Positions 1 to 9,510 of a DNA stretch of 64,000 bases are shown here, piece after piece. The notes under the pieces are model-generated. The model saw only the letters and a program-made list of their open reading frames with translations, was not told the origin of the DNA and did not search any database. The position numbers were made by a program, and so were the translations under genes. This DNA is from an uncultured Candidatus Saccharibacteria bacterium (GTDB lineage: Bacteria; Patescibacteriota; Minisyncoccia; Phycocordibacterales; UBA12088): assembly GCA_964521185.1 (NCBI GenBank), contig CAZFRC010000002.1:7779-71778 (forward strand), given 5' to 3'. The first letter of the stretch is position 1. Each line of letters starts with the position of its first letter.

Positions 1-285
1 ACGATTGACGATCAAGATGAGCTTATGAAAGAAGCAAGAAAAAAAGCCATTGATGAAGCACGAGAGAAGGCGGAAGATCTCGCGAATGATCTCGGAGTGA
101 GACTTGTTCGTGTCGTCGCATTTAGTGAAAACACCGGAGCGTACCCTCCAATCCCAGTGTATTACATGCGAGATTCGGTTATGGGGATGGGAGGAATGGC
201 TGAATCGTCGGTAAAAAGTTCCGTACTTCCGACCGGGGAGAATAAAATCGTAGCGAATGTGTCAATTACTTACGAGATTCGATAA
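1..285 (+). CDS. SIMPL (DUF541) domain protein, 5'-truncated by window edge
   Basis: C-terminal pattern ARKKAIDEAREKAEDLA...LGVRL...GENKIVANVSITYEI typical of SIMPL/DUF541; frame open from position 1. Confidence 0.8.
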   Translation, partial: TIDDQDELMKEARKKAIDEAREKAEDLANDLGVRLVRVVAFSENTGAYPPIPVYYMRDSVMGMGGMAESSVKSSVLPTGENKIVANVSITYEIR

Positions 286-408
286 ATAAGAATAGGGAGG
301 ATAGCAAAAAGAGAAGGGACACTATGGAAAGTCATATGGGGGAAACAATGGATTGTTCGCTGAACCCCCTCTCGCTCTTTCGGTTTTTGATGGATAATTG
401 GTGGAATC

Positions 409-1650
409 ATGTCAGCGGAAAAATCTGAAAAGGCAGAAGAAACACTCGGACCAGATAGCCCGAGTGTTATGGGTGCTGCAGAAAGCGATCCTCTCGTCGT
501 ACGAGCAACCATACTGGAAGCCATACAGGGGATGGTACTTAATTACATGCCTATCAGTGGCCCCGCTGATCTTGGTGAATTCGAAACAGGAGAGGAGAAG
601 AGTGGGCGTGCGGTGAGGTGTTTCGAGGTGTTGTTGGGAGACCTTTCAACCCCCAGCCCATTTTCTAGAATGGATGAATTTTTTAAACACATTGAAAGTG
701 ATCCGGAGCTTACTCGAGCGTATACAAATAGATTGCTGGAATGTTTAAAAGTCGAATTGATTAAGACTCTATCCACGACGCAAAATACGCATCGATATTC
801 ATATGCATTTTCGATCAACGTACCCTCCACCATTTTGGATGAATCTTTTGTCCATACAATAACGAAAACTATGGAGGATCTTTCAATACGAGCAAACAAT
901 ACTGAAATAATTCATTCGAATGTCAATGAAATTAGCTTGGGTATTGAGATCACCGAACGACATGAACTTACTGAAGAAAATGATGCCGCCATACGGCATC
1001 TTTTTAACATTCTGCTTAAGGAACGAAAATCTAGAGATGAGGAGGACATAAGCTTTGGAAACGCTATCTTGGAGGGCCGTGGTTATGGGTTGATTTCTCG
1101 AGAAGCTCCTACGCTAGTCCGCTTAGGAAAGTTGAGTATTGATGATGTGCCACACAGCTGCTCATTGGCAAACATTGCCCATGTCTCAAACTTAATTGAC
1201 AAGGTTGCTGATGAGCACGCGCGCGACTATTTGCGAAGCACTCTTGAAATAAAATTCGATGTTTCCCTTGACGGAGATCTTAGTCAATGGATGCCGAATC
1301 AATCCAATGCGGGGACAAACACACACCAGATTTTTCCCTTTAGAAAGAAAGCTGAATATCCTTCACCTCCTAAAATCACTAGTCAATATCAAGAAAAAAT
1401 AGCGAACAATTGCCGGATTCTTCTCAATCATATATGGCAAATTCGCCAACGGTTTGGCGTCTCTAATTTTGTACTTGAGCGGATGAACGAAGGTTTGGTG
1501 GGGAATTCTGCAGATTTTTCGATTCAGGCGATAATCAAGCACTATCTCGTGGATTTACCTGATAGGCATGGGCTTAGTATGTCCTTCCAAGGCTGGGGGG
1601 TGTCTCAGAAAAAGCCGCTTCCTCATGTTATAGGGGAAGCTGAAGACTGA
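409..1650 (+). CDS. Highly divergent EAL-domain-like protein
   Basis: EAL-type motifs in the canonical order: FEVLL, FSINV, IEITE, LSIDD, IKFDVS, VLER, FQGW..S..PL. Confidence 0.6.
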   Translation: MSAEKSEKAEETLGPDSPSVMGAAESDPLVVRATILEAIQGMVLNYMPISGPADLGEFETGEEKSGRAVRCFEVLLGDLSTPSPFSRMDEFFKHIESDPELTRAYTNRLLECLKVELIKTLSTTQNTHRYSYAFSINVPSTILDESFVHTITKTMEDLSIRANNTEIIHSNVNEISLGIEITERHELTEENDAAIRHLFNILLKERKSRDEEDISFGNAILEGRGYGLISREAPTLVRLGKLSIDDVPHSCSLANIAHVSNLIDKVADEHARDYLRSTLEIKFDVSLDGDLSQWMPNQSNAGTNTHQIFPFRKKAEYPSPPKITSQYQEKIANNCRILLNHIWQIRQRFGVSNFVLERMNEGLVGNSADFSIQAIIKHYLVDLPDRHGLSMSFQGWGVSQKKPLPHVIGEAED

Positions 1651-1885
1651 CGGTTGCCACTGTTAAAACGTGTGAAGAGGCGGGAAATATCACAGACTCG
1701 TTTCGTTTTTCATTTGTCCAGACTTCGTCGCAGTAGGGGGAAGGATTCCCCGGCTTTCTTCCTTGGAAAAGTTCAGATACAATGGAGCGTTCTCTTCAAT
1801 CTCTTGGAATGCTCTCGCCTCTTCGATATATTGTTCGTGATTTAATAGCACGCCAGTGCCAAATGTGCTAGACGGGCACACTTCT

Positions 1886-1913
1886 TTGACAAACTGAAAT
1901 AGTCGGGTATACT
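1886..1913 (+). promoter_or_regulatory. sigma70-type promoter of secE-nusG-rplK
   Basis: TTGACA-16 nt-TATACT. Confidence 0.7.
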
Positions 1914-1954
1914 GTTTTTTGTAAGCCCTTCGGGGCGTTTTTAAATCCTTCAAT

Positions 1955-2140
1955 ATGCAACGCTTGATCCAATACTTCAAAGATACAAGAGCAGAACTCG
2001 AACACGTTTCGTGGCCGACACGAGAACAGACTATTGTGTTTACTGCGCTGGTCATTGGCATTTCGATATTTACCGCACTATTTCTCGGCGCGTTTGATTT
2101 TGCATTCACGTATCTTCTTGAGCATTTTATTCTTTCGTAA
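1955..2140 (+). CDS. secE: Preprotein translocase subunit SecE
   Basis: ELEHVSWPTR motif plus one TM helix; directly upstream of nusG. Confidence 0.95.
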   Translation: MQRLIQYFKDTRAELEHVSWPTREQTIVFTALVIGISIFTALFLGAFDFAFTYLLEHFILS

Positions 2141-2149
2141 TCGCATAGT

Positions 2150-2695
2150 ATGACAAAACAGGAAACAACAGGAGAGCGTCGTTGGTATGCGATTCATACC
2201 TATGCGGGATATGAAAAGGCGGTGGAACGTAACTTGAAGCAGCGTATCGAGTCGCTTGGTATGCAGGATCGGATTTTTGAAGTTGTCGTGCCGACCGAAA
2301 AGAAAATAAAGATCAAAGGTGGTAAGCGTGTTGAAGAAGAAGAAAAAGTGTATCCAGGATATGTGCTGGTGAATATGATTGTCGATGACAATTCATGGTA
2401 CGTGGTCCGAAATACCCCACGCGTTACAGGATTTGTGGGGAGCGGGGTACAGCCTGTTCCACTTTCGGACGATGAAGTCAATGTGCTCATGGGTCGCATG
2501 AAATCGGATGTGATTAAACACCAGATTGAGCTTTCGATGAACGATCCAGTGGTCGTGGTTGATGGTCCATTTAAAGATCTTGAGGGGCGCGTTGGGGAGA
2601 TCGATGAAGAACGAGGCAAAATCAAGGTGCTTGTGCCGATGTTTGGACGCGACACTCCCGTTGAACTAGACTTTTTGCAAGTCAAGAGAATTTAA
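2150..2695 (+). CDS. nusG: Transcription termination/antitermination factor NusG
   Basis: [33 protein letters not shown] domain DGPF...[10 protein letters not shown]. Confidence 0.98.
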   Translation: MTKQETTGERRWYAIHTYAGYEKAVERNLKQRIESLGMQDRIFEVVVPTEKKIKIKGGKRVEEEEKVYPGYVLVNMIVDDNSWYVVRNTPRVTGFVGSGVQPVPLSDDEVNVLMGRMKSDVIKHQIELSMNDPVVVVDGPFKDLEGRVGEIDEERGKIKVLVPMFGRDTPVELDFLQVKRI

Positions 2696-2714
2696 GGTAC
2701 GGTACTCACATTCT

Positions 2715-3140
2715 ATGGCAAAGAAAATAGTCAAAAAGCTTAAACTCCAAATCCCCGGCGGGAAAGCAACCCCAGCGCCTCCGGTTGGCACGGCGCTTGG
2801 TCCGGCTGGCGTGAACATTGGCGATTTTGTCAATAAGTTTAATGAGGCGACAAGACCAATGATGGGAGACATCATCCCCGTTGAGATTTCAGTATACGAG
2901 GATCGAAGCTACGATTTTATACTCAAAGTCTCGCCCGCGTCCCAGCTCATCTTAAAGGCAATCGGGAAAGAAAAAGGATCGGGAAAAAATTTGGTTTCAA
3001 AGGCAGGTATTATTACCAAACAACAGCTTCGAGAGGTTGCAGAAAAAAAAATGCCAGATCTGAATGCAAACGATGTCGAGGCCGCGATGAAAATAATTGC
3101 AGGAACCGCACGCTCAATGGGGGTTGATGTGAAGGAGTAA
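2715..3140 (+). CDS. rplK: 50S ribosomal protein L11
   Basis: [20 protein letters not shown]...KMPDLNA...GTARSMG. Confidence 0.98.
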   Translation: MAKKIVKKLKLQIPGGKATPAPPVGTALGPAGVNIGDFVNKFNEATRPMMGDIIPVEISVYEDRSYDFILKVSPASQLILKAIGKEKGSGKNLVSKAGIITKQQLREVAEKKMPDLNANDVEAAMKIIAGTARSMGVDVKE

Positions 3141-3156
3141 TCATTATACGAAAAAA

Positions 3157-3196
3157 CATACCCGCCGCTTGGCTCAAAGGCCAAGCGGCGGGTATG
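3157..3196 (+). terminator. Strong hairpin directly after rplK
   Basis: CATACCCGCCGCTTGGC-loop-GCCAAGCGGCGGGTATG, 17-bp perfect stem; no clear U tract on + strand. Confidence 0.7.
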
Positions 3197-3281
3197 CATG
3201 TAGAGGATATATGGTAAGTACTATTTGCCAAGAAGATTAATAAAGAGGTATTGTAGCGCAAGACCTAGATAGGAGTGTCCC

Positions 3282-3827
3282 ATGTTTTCTTGTACTTTGT
3301 TGGGAGAGGTTCTTCCAGAAATTGGGAGAGCTGTCGAGAGGTGTCGGGTGCAGGGGAAGCGCCCAACGGTAAAAATTTTGATAAGCGATCCTTGGGGTCG
3401 TTGCATTTCTTTTTCGTCGGACAAAAGCAATTCCCCCTGGGTTAAGTTACCAGGAGGAGGCATAAAGAAGGGGGAAGATATTATTGCGTGTGTTATACGA
3501 GAGTGCGAGGAGGAGATGATCGGTATTCCTCCTTTGCATAGAAGAGAGATAGGTCTCGCTCGTATTGGCGCTTCCGGTATTGTTCGAAGCAGTATTCACA
3601 AAAAAGGTCCCGTTACCAAGGTGGTTTGGGTGTTGTACGGGGTCATTACCCCTTCTTTGGATAGTATAAAACCAATTAATGGAAAGGGGCTTCGGGATCC
3701 CGTAATCCACAAAAGCCCTAATGATATGCTTCGTTTTTTGGACGGGGAAACGGTCACGCCAGTAGACGAGCGAATGTTGTATAGAAACGCTGTGCTGGCG
3801 TTGGCTTCTACGATGCGTGCGCCGTGA
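3282..3827 (+). CDS. NUDIX hydrolase family protein
   Basis: Nudix box LPGGGIKKGEDIIACVIRECEEEMIG. Confidence 0.7.
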   Translation: MFSCTLLGEVLPEIGRAVERCRVQGKRPTVKILISDPWGRCISFSSDKSNSPWVKLPGGGIKKGEDIIACVIRECEEEMIGIPPLHRREIGLARIGASGIVRSSIHKKGPVTKVVWVLYGVITPSLDSIKPINGKGLRDPVIHKSPNDMLRFLDGETVTPVDERMLYRNAVLALASTMRAP

Positions 3828-4367
3828 TCAATTACTCTGATCCGGCTTTTCTTTTTTTCCGCGTTCCAGATCGACAAACGTGTAGCGAAGCCCGTTCCAT
3901 TCGCGCTCTTCCTCAAATGTTTTTTTCGTAAACTCTTCTTCGTATTCGGGGAAAAACGAATCGGCCTCTTTTTCGTCATCAATTAAGGTCAGATACAGTT
4001 TGTCGGTATGGGGGAGTGCAAGCTCATATATTTCTCCACCACCTCCAATGTACACCTCTTTTTTGTCCAAGGTTTTTGCATATTCGAGCGCTTTGTTGAA
4101 GTCATGAAATGTCGTTACCCCTTCATGTGACCAGTTTGGATCACGGGTAATAACAATGTTTGTCCGATTGGGAAGTGGGGTGCCGATCACCTCCACAATC
4201 GATTCAAATGTCTTTCGTCCCATAATAACCGGATGTCCCAAGGTAAGCGCCTTGAACCGCTTTAAATCGTCTGGAATATGCCAAAGTAGCTGGTTATTTT
4301 TCCCAATGGCTCGATTACGGGTTCCGCTCCTTCCCAACGCGACCGTGATACAGACATTCGGATTCAT
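3828..4367 (-). CDS. folA: Dihydrofolate reductase
   Basis: IGKNNQLLWHIPDDLKRFK, IMGRKTFESI, PLPNRTNIVIT, IGGGEIY; start set at MNPNV. Confidence 0.96.
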   Translation of the reverse strand: MNPNVCITVALGRSGTRNRAIGKNNQLLWHIPDDLKRFKALTLGHPVIMGRKTFESIVEVIGTPLPNRTNIVITRDPNWSHEGVTTFHDFNKALEYAKTLDKKEVYIGGGGEIYELALPHTDKLYLTLIDDEKEADSFFPEYEEEFTKKTFEEEREWNGLRYTFVDLERGKKEKPDQSN

Positions 4368-4441
4368 GGGAATCATTATGCAACAAAGTTTGAATCTCTC
4401 CACTGGTTTCATACATGCCATGCTCGGTATACTACTTCTAC

Positions 4442-5005
4442 ATGGCGCTCATCGGCATCAAGGAAATTGTTCGACGTATTAATGAGGAGGGCCTTATTAC
4501 TGGCCTTGGCGGGCGCGACCTTTCAAATCCCGAAGGTACGGGGATTGATCTTCGTCTTGGCTCTGTACACAACATTGTTTCTGGCGGAGCATATATTGAA
4601 GCGGATGGCGCGGCAGGTCTTGGAAAGCGCAAGGGGGTTACTACTGAAGAAATTTTTAAATTGAAGGAGGGCGATCTTCAAGATGTTCTTGTCATTAAAC
4701 CCGGCGACTATTATTTAGTGCAAACGGCAGAAACTATCAATACGCCTCTCGATCTTATGCCCATGGTGTACCCGCGAAGCAGTCTCTTTCGCGCAGGGCT
4801 TGCGCTCTTTGCGACAAAAACTGATCCGGGCTACAAAGGACCGCTTACATTTGGATTGACTAACCTTGGGCTATTTGACGTGTCGCTCCAACTCGGTGCG
4901 CGTATTTGTAATATTGTATTTTATCGAATAGAAGGCGAAGTGATTGGGTATCGGGGACAACATCAGGGAGGACGCATATCTCACGGGGAAGAGCAACAGG
5001 TGTAA
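4442..5005 (+). CDS. Trimeric dUTPase/dCTP-deaminase fold protein, probably a dUTPase
   Basis: IDLRL, PRSSLFRAG, DPGYKG, GARIC, YRGQHQ; Gly where dCTP deaminases have the catalytic Glu (TFGLTN). Confidence 0.75.
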   Translation: MALIGIKEIVRRINEEGLITGLGGRDLSNPEGTGIDLRLGSVHNIVSGGAYIEADGAAGLGKRKGVTTEEIFKLKEGDLQDVLVIKPGDYYLVQTAETINTPLDLMPMVYPRSSLFRAGLALFATKTDPGYKGPLTFGLTNLGLFDVSLQLGARICNIVFYRIEGEVIGYRGQHQGGRISHGEEQQV

Positions 5006-5015
5006 TATAGTCGAT

Positions 5016-5567
5016 ATGATTCTCTCTGATGTTGATATTAAGGCGGCGGTCGAAGCGGGCGACATAAAAATCGATGGGTTTGAGGAGGCGCGATTACAGC
5101 CGGCAAGCTACGACATACTTTTGGGAAATAAATTCATGCTTCCGGAGCCGGAGCGCGATCAGGTAATTGATCCTGCAAATAAAGTGTATCCACACTACCG
5201 GCATTTTATCGTTGAAGACAAAAGCATGTTCGTACTTCATCCGGGGGTGTCGGTGCTTGCTCATACGCACGAGTATTTCGGGTCGGACAAATATCTGATC
5301 CAACTCTCCGGAAAAAGCTCGCTTGCGCGCATCGGGCTTGTCGTCCACAACACCGCAGGTATTGTGAATCCCGGCCACTACCTCAATATGGTGCTTGAAC
5401 TGTACAACCTGTCTCATGTGCCGATTATCCTCCGGCCTCGGATGGCTATCGCGCAACTCCTTTTTTCGAAATTAACCAGTCTACCAAAGCAAGATTATAA
5501 AGAAATAGGACGGTACAGTGATCAGAATTGGCAAAGTTATATCCCCCCCAAAGAACCAAATTCCTAA
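5016..5567 (+). CDS. dcd: dCTP deaminase
   Basis: MILSDVDI, LQPASYDILL, GKSSLARIG, VLELYN (catalytic Glu), IAQL. Confidence 0.88.
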   Translation: MILSDVDIKAAVEAGDIKIDGFEEARLQPASYDILLGNKFMLPEPERDQVIDPANKVYPHYRHFIVEDKSMFVLHPGVSVLAHTHEYFGSDKYLIQLSGKSSLARIGLVVHNTAGIVNPGHYLNMVLELYNLSHVPIILRPRMAIAQLLFSKLTSLPKQDYKEIGRYSDQNWQSYIPPKEPNS

Positions 5568-5578
5568 CATAATTACGC

Positions 5579-6553
5579 ATGATAACTACCAATCGACATC
5601 CGGAAGAACAATACCTTGATTTGTTGAGGGAACTTGTGGAGCATGGTATCGAGCAGACCGACAAGGGAACGGGGGTAAAAACATACAGTGCGTTTGGGCG
5701 ACAGATGCGTTTCGATATATCGGAATCATTTCCGCTTCTCACTACTAAACGGGTGTATTGGAAAGGAGTGCTCCACGAGCTCTACTGGTTTTTTTCGGGA
5801 CAGTCGAATATTAAATATCTTGTCGATAATGACGTGCATATCTGGGATGATTATCCCTTCAAGATCTATAATGAAAAAGTGGCGAAAGGGGAGCTTCCTG
5901 AGCTTACCCGCGAAGCCTTTGTAGAAAAAATAAAGATTGATGCGGAATTTGCTCGCACCTACGGTGAACTACCGCATATTTATGGCGAATTATGGCGCCG
6001 ATGGCCAGCCAAGGACGGTCGCACCGTTGATCAGGTGAGGTGGATTCTTGATGAAATTTCTAAAGATGCCGACGCTCACAACACGCTCGTTACTTCGTGG
6101 GACCCTCAATATCTCTACAGCATGGCAAGGCCGGGAGAGGAAGCGCGGTTTCCAATTTGCCACAACATGTATCAGATAAATGTGAAAAAAGGAAAATTAT
6201 CTCTTCAGCTTTATCAGCGTAGCGCGGATATATTCCTTGGGGTTCCATTTAATATCGCAAGCTACGCGCTGCTTGCACTCGTGCTCGCTAAGATTGCTGG
6301 TTTTGAACCAGGAGAATTCATCCACACTTTTGGGGATGTGCATATTTATGAAAATCATTTTGAAGCGGCAAGAGAACAGTGTACTCGAGAACCAAAGCCG
6401 TTTCCCAAGGTTACCATTCTCGAAGGCGTGACGCTCGATTCGTTTCGTCCTGAACACGTAACACTTTCTGGCTATGAGCCGCATGCAGCGATAAAAGCCG
6501 AGCTCACCGTTGCGGGAGGATACAATGAAAAGTTGCACCAAAAAAAACAATAG
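5579..6553 (+). CDS. thyA: Thymidylate synthase
   Basis: FPLLTTKRV, ELYWF, PICH (catalytic Cys), YQRSADIFLGVPFNIASY, GDVHIYENH. Confidence 0.97.
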   Translation: MITTNRHPEEQYLDLLRELVEHGIEQTDKGTGVKTYSAFGRQMRFDISESFPLLTTKRVYWKGVLHELYWFFSGQSNIKYLVDNDVHIWDDYPFKIYNEKVAKGELPELTREAFVEKIKIDAEFARTYGELPHIYGELWRRWPAKDGRTVDQVRWILDEISKDADAHNTLVTSWDPQYLYSMARPGEEARFPICHNMYQINVKKGKLSLQLYQRSADIFLGVPFNIASYALLALVLAKIAGFEPGEFIHTFGDVHIYENHFEAAREQCTREPKPFPKVTILEGVTLDSFRPEHVTLSGYEPHAAIKAELTVAGGYNEKLHQKKQ

Positions 6554-6721
6554 GCGTGCAAAAGACGTTCTGTTACCCAGAGTAGGAGGGTATACTATAA
6601 TGCGTACATCACAAGTCGAATTTCTGCTTTGATAACGTCTGAAATTCAACACTGCATACCACCATGTTGTAATAGACTTTAACTCGTTGTATTGATTGTC
6701 AATTTTGCTAATTACGCATGT

Positions 6722-7987
6722 ATGAAAGATTCTTATATCAAAGAACAGGATGCCGACGTGTATGTTGCCCTTGTGGGTGAAGAAACACGCCAGAAAGAGG
6801 GGCTTGAACTTATCCCTTCCGAAAATTATGTGTCGCGAGCGGTTCGAGAGGCACTTCAAAGCGTCTTTACCAACAAATATTCAGAGGGGTTGCCGGGAAA
6901 GCGTTATTACGGCGGTCAGAGATTTACCGATATGGTTGAGAATATCGCCATCGATAGGGCTAAAAAACTGTTTGGCGGATCATACGTCAATGTGCAGCCG
7001 CATTCAGGAGCGCCGGCGAATATGGCTGTGTATCACGGGGTGCTTGCTCCGGGGGATACGGTGATGGGAATGGATTTGGGACACGGAGGACATTTGACGC
7101 ACGGACATCCTATGACTGTTCCTGCGAAACTCTTTCGATTTGTGGCGTACAAAATGAAAGATCCTGAGACAGGAGAAATTGATTATGACGAAATGTTGGA
7201 GGTCGCAAAACGTGAAAAACCGACATTGATCATCGCAGGTTTTTCAGCGTATAGTCGAGAGCTTAATTACAAAAAGTTCGTAGAAATTGCGCACGAGGTG
7301 GGAGCGCTTGTGATGGCGGATATGGCGCATATTGCGGGGCTTATCGCGGGGGGTGTCGCTCGAAATCCATTTGATGATGGGGTAGATATTATTACCACCA
7401 CGACACATAAAACGCTTCGTGGCCCTCGGGGAGGGATGATCTTGGTTCGAGAGAATGAAGAATTGATGCAAAAAATTAATCGCGCAGTATTTCCTGGCAT
7501 TCAGGGAGGCCCCCACATGAACAATATTGCAGCAAAGGCAGTGGCGTTTGGAGAGGCACTCCAACCCTCATTCAAAACGTATGCTGCCCAAATTCTTAAA
7601 AATGCCAAGGCAATGGAAGCGGTGTTTGCACGAGAAAACATACGAATGCTTGGAGGGGGAACTTCCAACCATCTTATTCTAGCCGATGTGTTTGGCTCGC
7701 TTGGCGTTTCCGGTAAAGAAGCGGAAGTCGTATTGGACGAAGTGGGAATTACGTTAAATAAAAATGCGATTGCCAATGATCCTCGAAAACCGCTTGATCC
7801 TTCAGGGATCCGGTTTGGAACTCCGGCAATTACGACACGTGGATTTGGCGAGATGGAATCCAAGCAGGTTGCCGAACTTATGATCGAGACGCTTCAAAAC
7901 AAAGATAATGCGATGAAAAAGGCAGAGGTTAGAGAGGAAATCAGAAAACTATGTGAGAAGTTTCCGGTGCCGGATTCATTCATGTAA
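6722..7987 (+). CDS. glyA: Serine hydroxymethyltransferase
   Basis: LELIPSEN, NKYSEGLPGKRYYGG, TTTTHKTLRGPRGG (PLP Lys), SGIRFGTPA. Confidence 0.98.
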   Translation: MKDSYIKEQDADVYVALVGEETRQKEGLELIPSENYVSRAVREALQSVFTNKYSEGLPGKRYYGGQRFTDMVENIAIDRAKKLFGGSYVNVQPHSGAPANMAVYHGVLAPGDTVMGMDLGHGGHLTHGHPMTVPAKLFRFVAYKMKDPETGEIDYDEMLEVAKREKPTLIIAGFSAYSRELNYKKFVEIAHEVGALVMADMAHIAGLIAGGVARNPFDDGVDIITTTTHKTLRGPRGGMILVRENEELMQKINRAVFPGIQGGPHMNNIAAKAVAFGEALQPSFKTYAAQILKNAKAMEAVFARENIRMLGGGTSNHLILADVFGSLGVSGKEAEVVLDEVGITLNKNAIANDPRKPLDPSGIRFGTPAITTRGFGEMESKQVAELMIETLQNKDNAMKKAEVREEIRKLCEKFPVPDSFM

Positions 7988-8096
7988 GGTTAAGGTGGAT
8001 GCGACCCCTGTTCGGAAGGAGATAGATTATTGGCAGTGTTGTTTGGAACAGGAACACACGTTTATTGTAGTAATTCTGATGATAGGCTAAAAGCAT

Positions 8097-9269
8097 ATGC
8101 GAATCGTTTCGATTCCCCACCTCACATTCATTGCATTTCTTTTTGGATTTGTGTGGGACAGCGTCACATTGTCGCGCGTCGATCAACTCTACGACATAGT
8201 GGTGATCGGAGGGTATTTGCTCGTCGTCACTTCCGGATTGATCATTCTCTATACTCCGACAATTCGGTTTTCTGCAGCTCTTACACCATTTGAGCAGTGG
8301 GTACCAATACTCGTGCAGTTTTCAATGGGAGGACTGCTTGGGAGTTCTCTCGTCTATTACGCAAAGTCCAGCACCTTCTTCGGTAGCTGGCCCTTCCTTC
8401 TCCTTGTAATGGCACTGATTTTGTTTAATGAATTTTTCCATCGCAAGATTGCAGGGTTAACATCTCAATCAGCGATCTTCTATTTCATCCTCTATTTGGT
8501 TGTCGCTCTGTATTCGCCGATTATTGTAGGCTCTATAGGACCGGGCACTTTTGCTCTTTCGGGTATAATCGCACTTATCATAGCAAGCGTGCCTGTTGCG
8601 GTGATCACAGTCGTTGCTCGTTCTACGCAAATTTCATCAGAACCAAGCCGCCTTGCATGGGCTCGAAAGGACAATGGAGGAGATAATGCAGCGAACGCGA
8701 AATTGCAAGTTCCGAACGAACCTTTCGCGGAATTTACGCGTGCATGGAAACGGATCGGCATTTGTTGGCTAGTTATTTTTGGAATTCTTAACAGTTTCTA
8801 TGCTCTCAACATTATTCCTCCCATTCCTCTAGCACTCAAAGATATAGGCATATATCACCACGTACTTCGCTTATCGACAGGCGATTATGAGGTAACGTAT
8901 GAATCGCGCATATCAAAGATCTCTATTCCCTATTTGTCACCAAAGAACAACACGATGCATATACTCTCCGGAGAGTCTCTGTTTGCGTGGAGTGCGGTTT
9001 TTGCTCCTTCAGATTTTTCCGCTCCGATTTATCATCGATGGGAGTGGCATAATCCAGAAACCAACGAATGGGACACTATGGGACGCATCAGGTTTCAAAT
9101 TGGCGGCGGGCGCGAAGGAGGTTTCCGTGGGTATACGGAAAAATTGATCACCGATCCTGGCAGGTGGCGTGTTTCCGTTGAGACAGAGCGTGGCGCGATA
9201 GTGGGGAGAATATCATTCAATGTTGTTGTTGGTATACCCCCAGAAAAATTCATCACGATCACTAAATAG
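8097..9269 (+). CDS. Multi-pass membrane protein with C-terminal DUF2914-like domain
   Basis: About 7 hydrophobic helices, then AVFAP...IYHRW...GGREGGFRGYT...PGRWRVSVET. Confidence 0.7.
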   Translation: MRIVSIPHLTFIAFLFGFVWDSVTLSRVDQLYDIVVIGGYLLVVTSGLIILYTPTIRFSAALTPFEQWVPILVQFSMGGLLGSSLVYYAKSSTFFGSWPFLLLVMALILFNEFFHRKIAGLTSQSAIFYFILYLVVALYSPIIVGSIGPGTFALSGIIALIIASVPVAVITVVARSTQISSEPSRLAWARKDNGGDNAANAKLQVPNEPFAEFTRAWKRIGICWLVIFGILNSFYALNIIPPIPLALKDIGIYHHVLRLSTGDYEVTYESRISKISIPYLSPKNNTMHILSGESLFAWSAVFAPSDFSAPIYHRWEWHNPETNEWDTMGRIRFQIGGGREGGFRGYTEKLITDPGRWRVSVETERGAIVGRISFNVVVGIPPEKFITITK

Positions 9270-9510
9270 GGTTTGGTATATTAACCAACATCTTTATTTC
9301 GGTATTTTTTGAAGTCGTTCATTATGCAACAAGAAAGCGCCATGCATCCATTGCTTGGCGTTACTATTATTTTCCCATACCCGCAGCTTTCTTTTTTGGA
9401 GGGGTGCGGGTATGGTTTGAATATCAGGAGGAGAAAGAACAGAATATACGTACAGAACAAGGGATCGTTTAGTAATTGCTATACCAAGAACTTTTGTTAT
9501 TGTGGATTGC

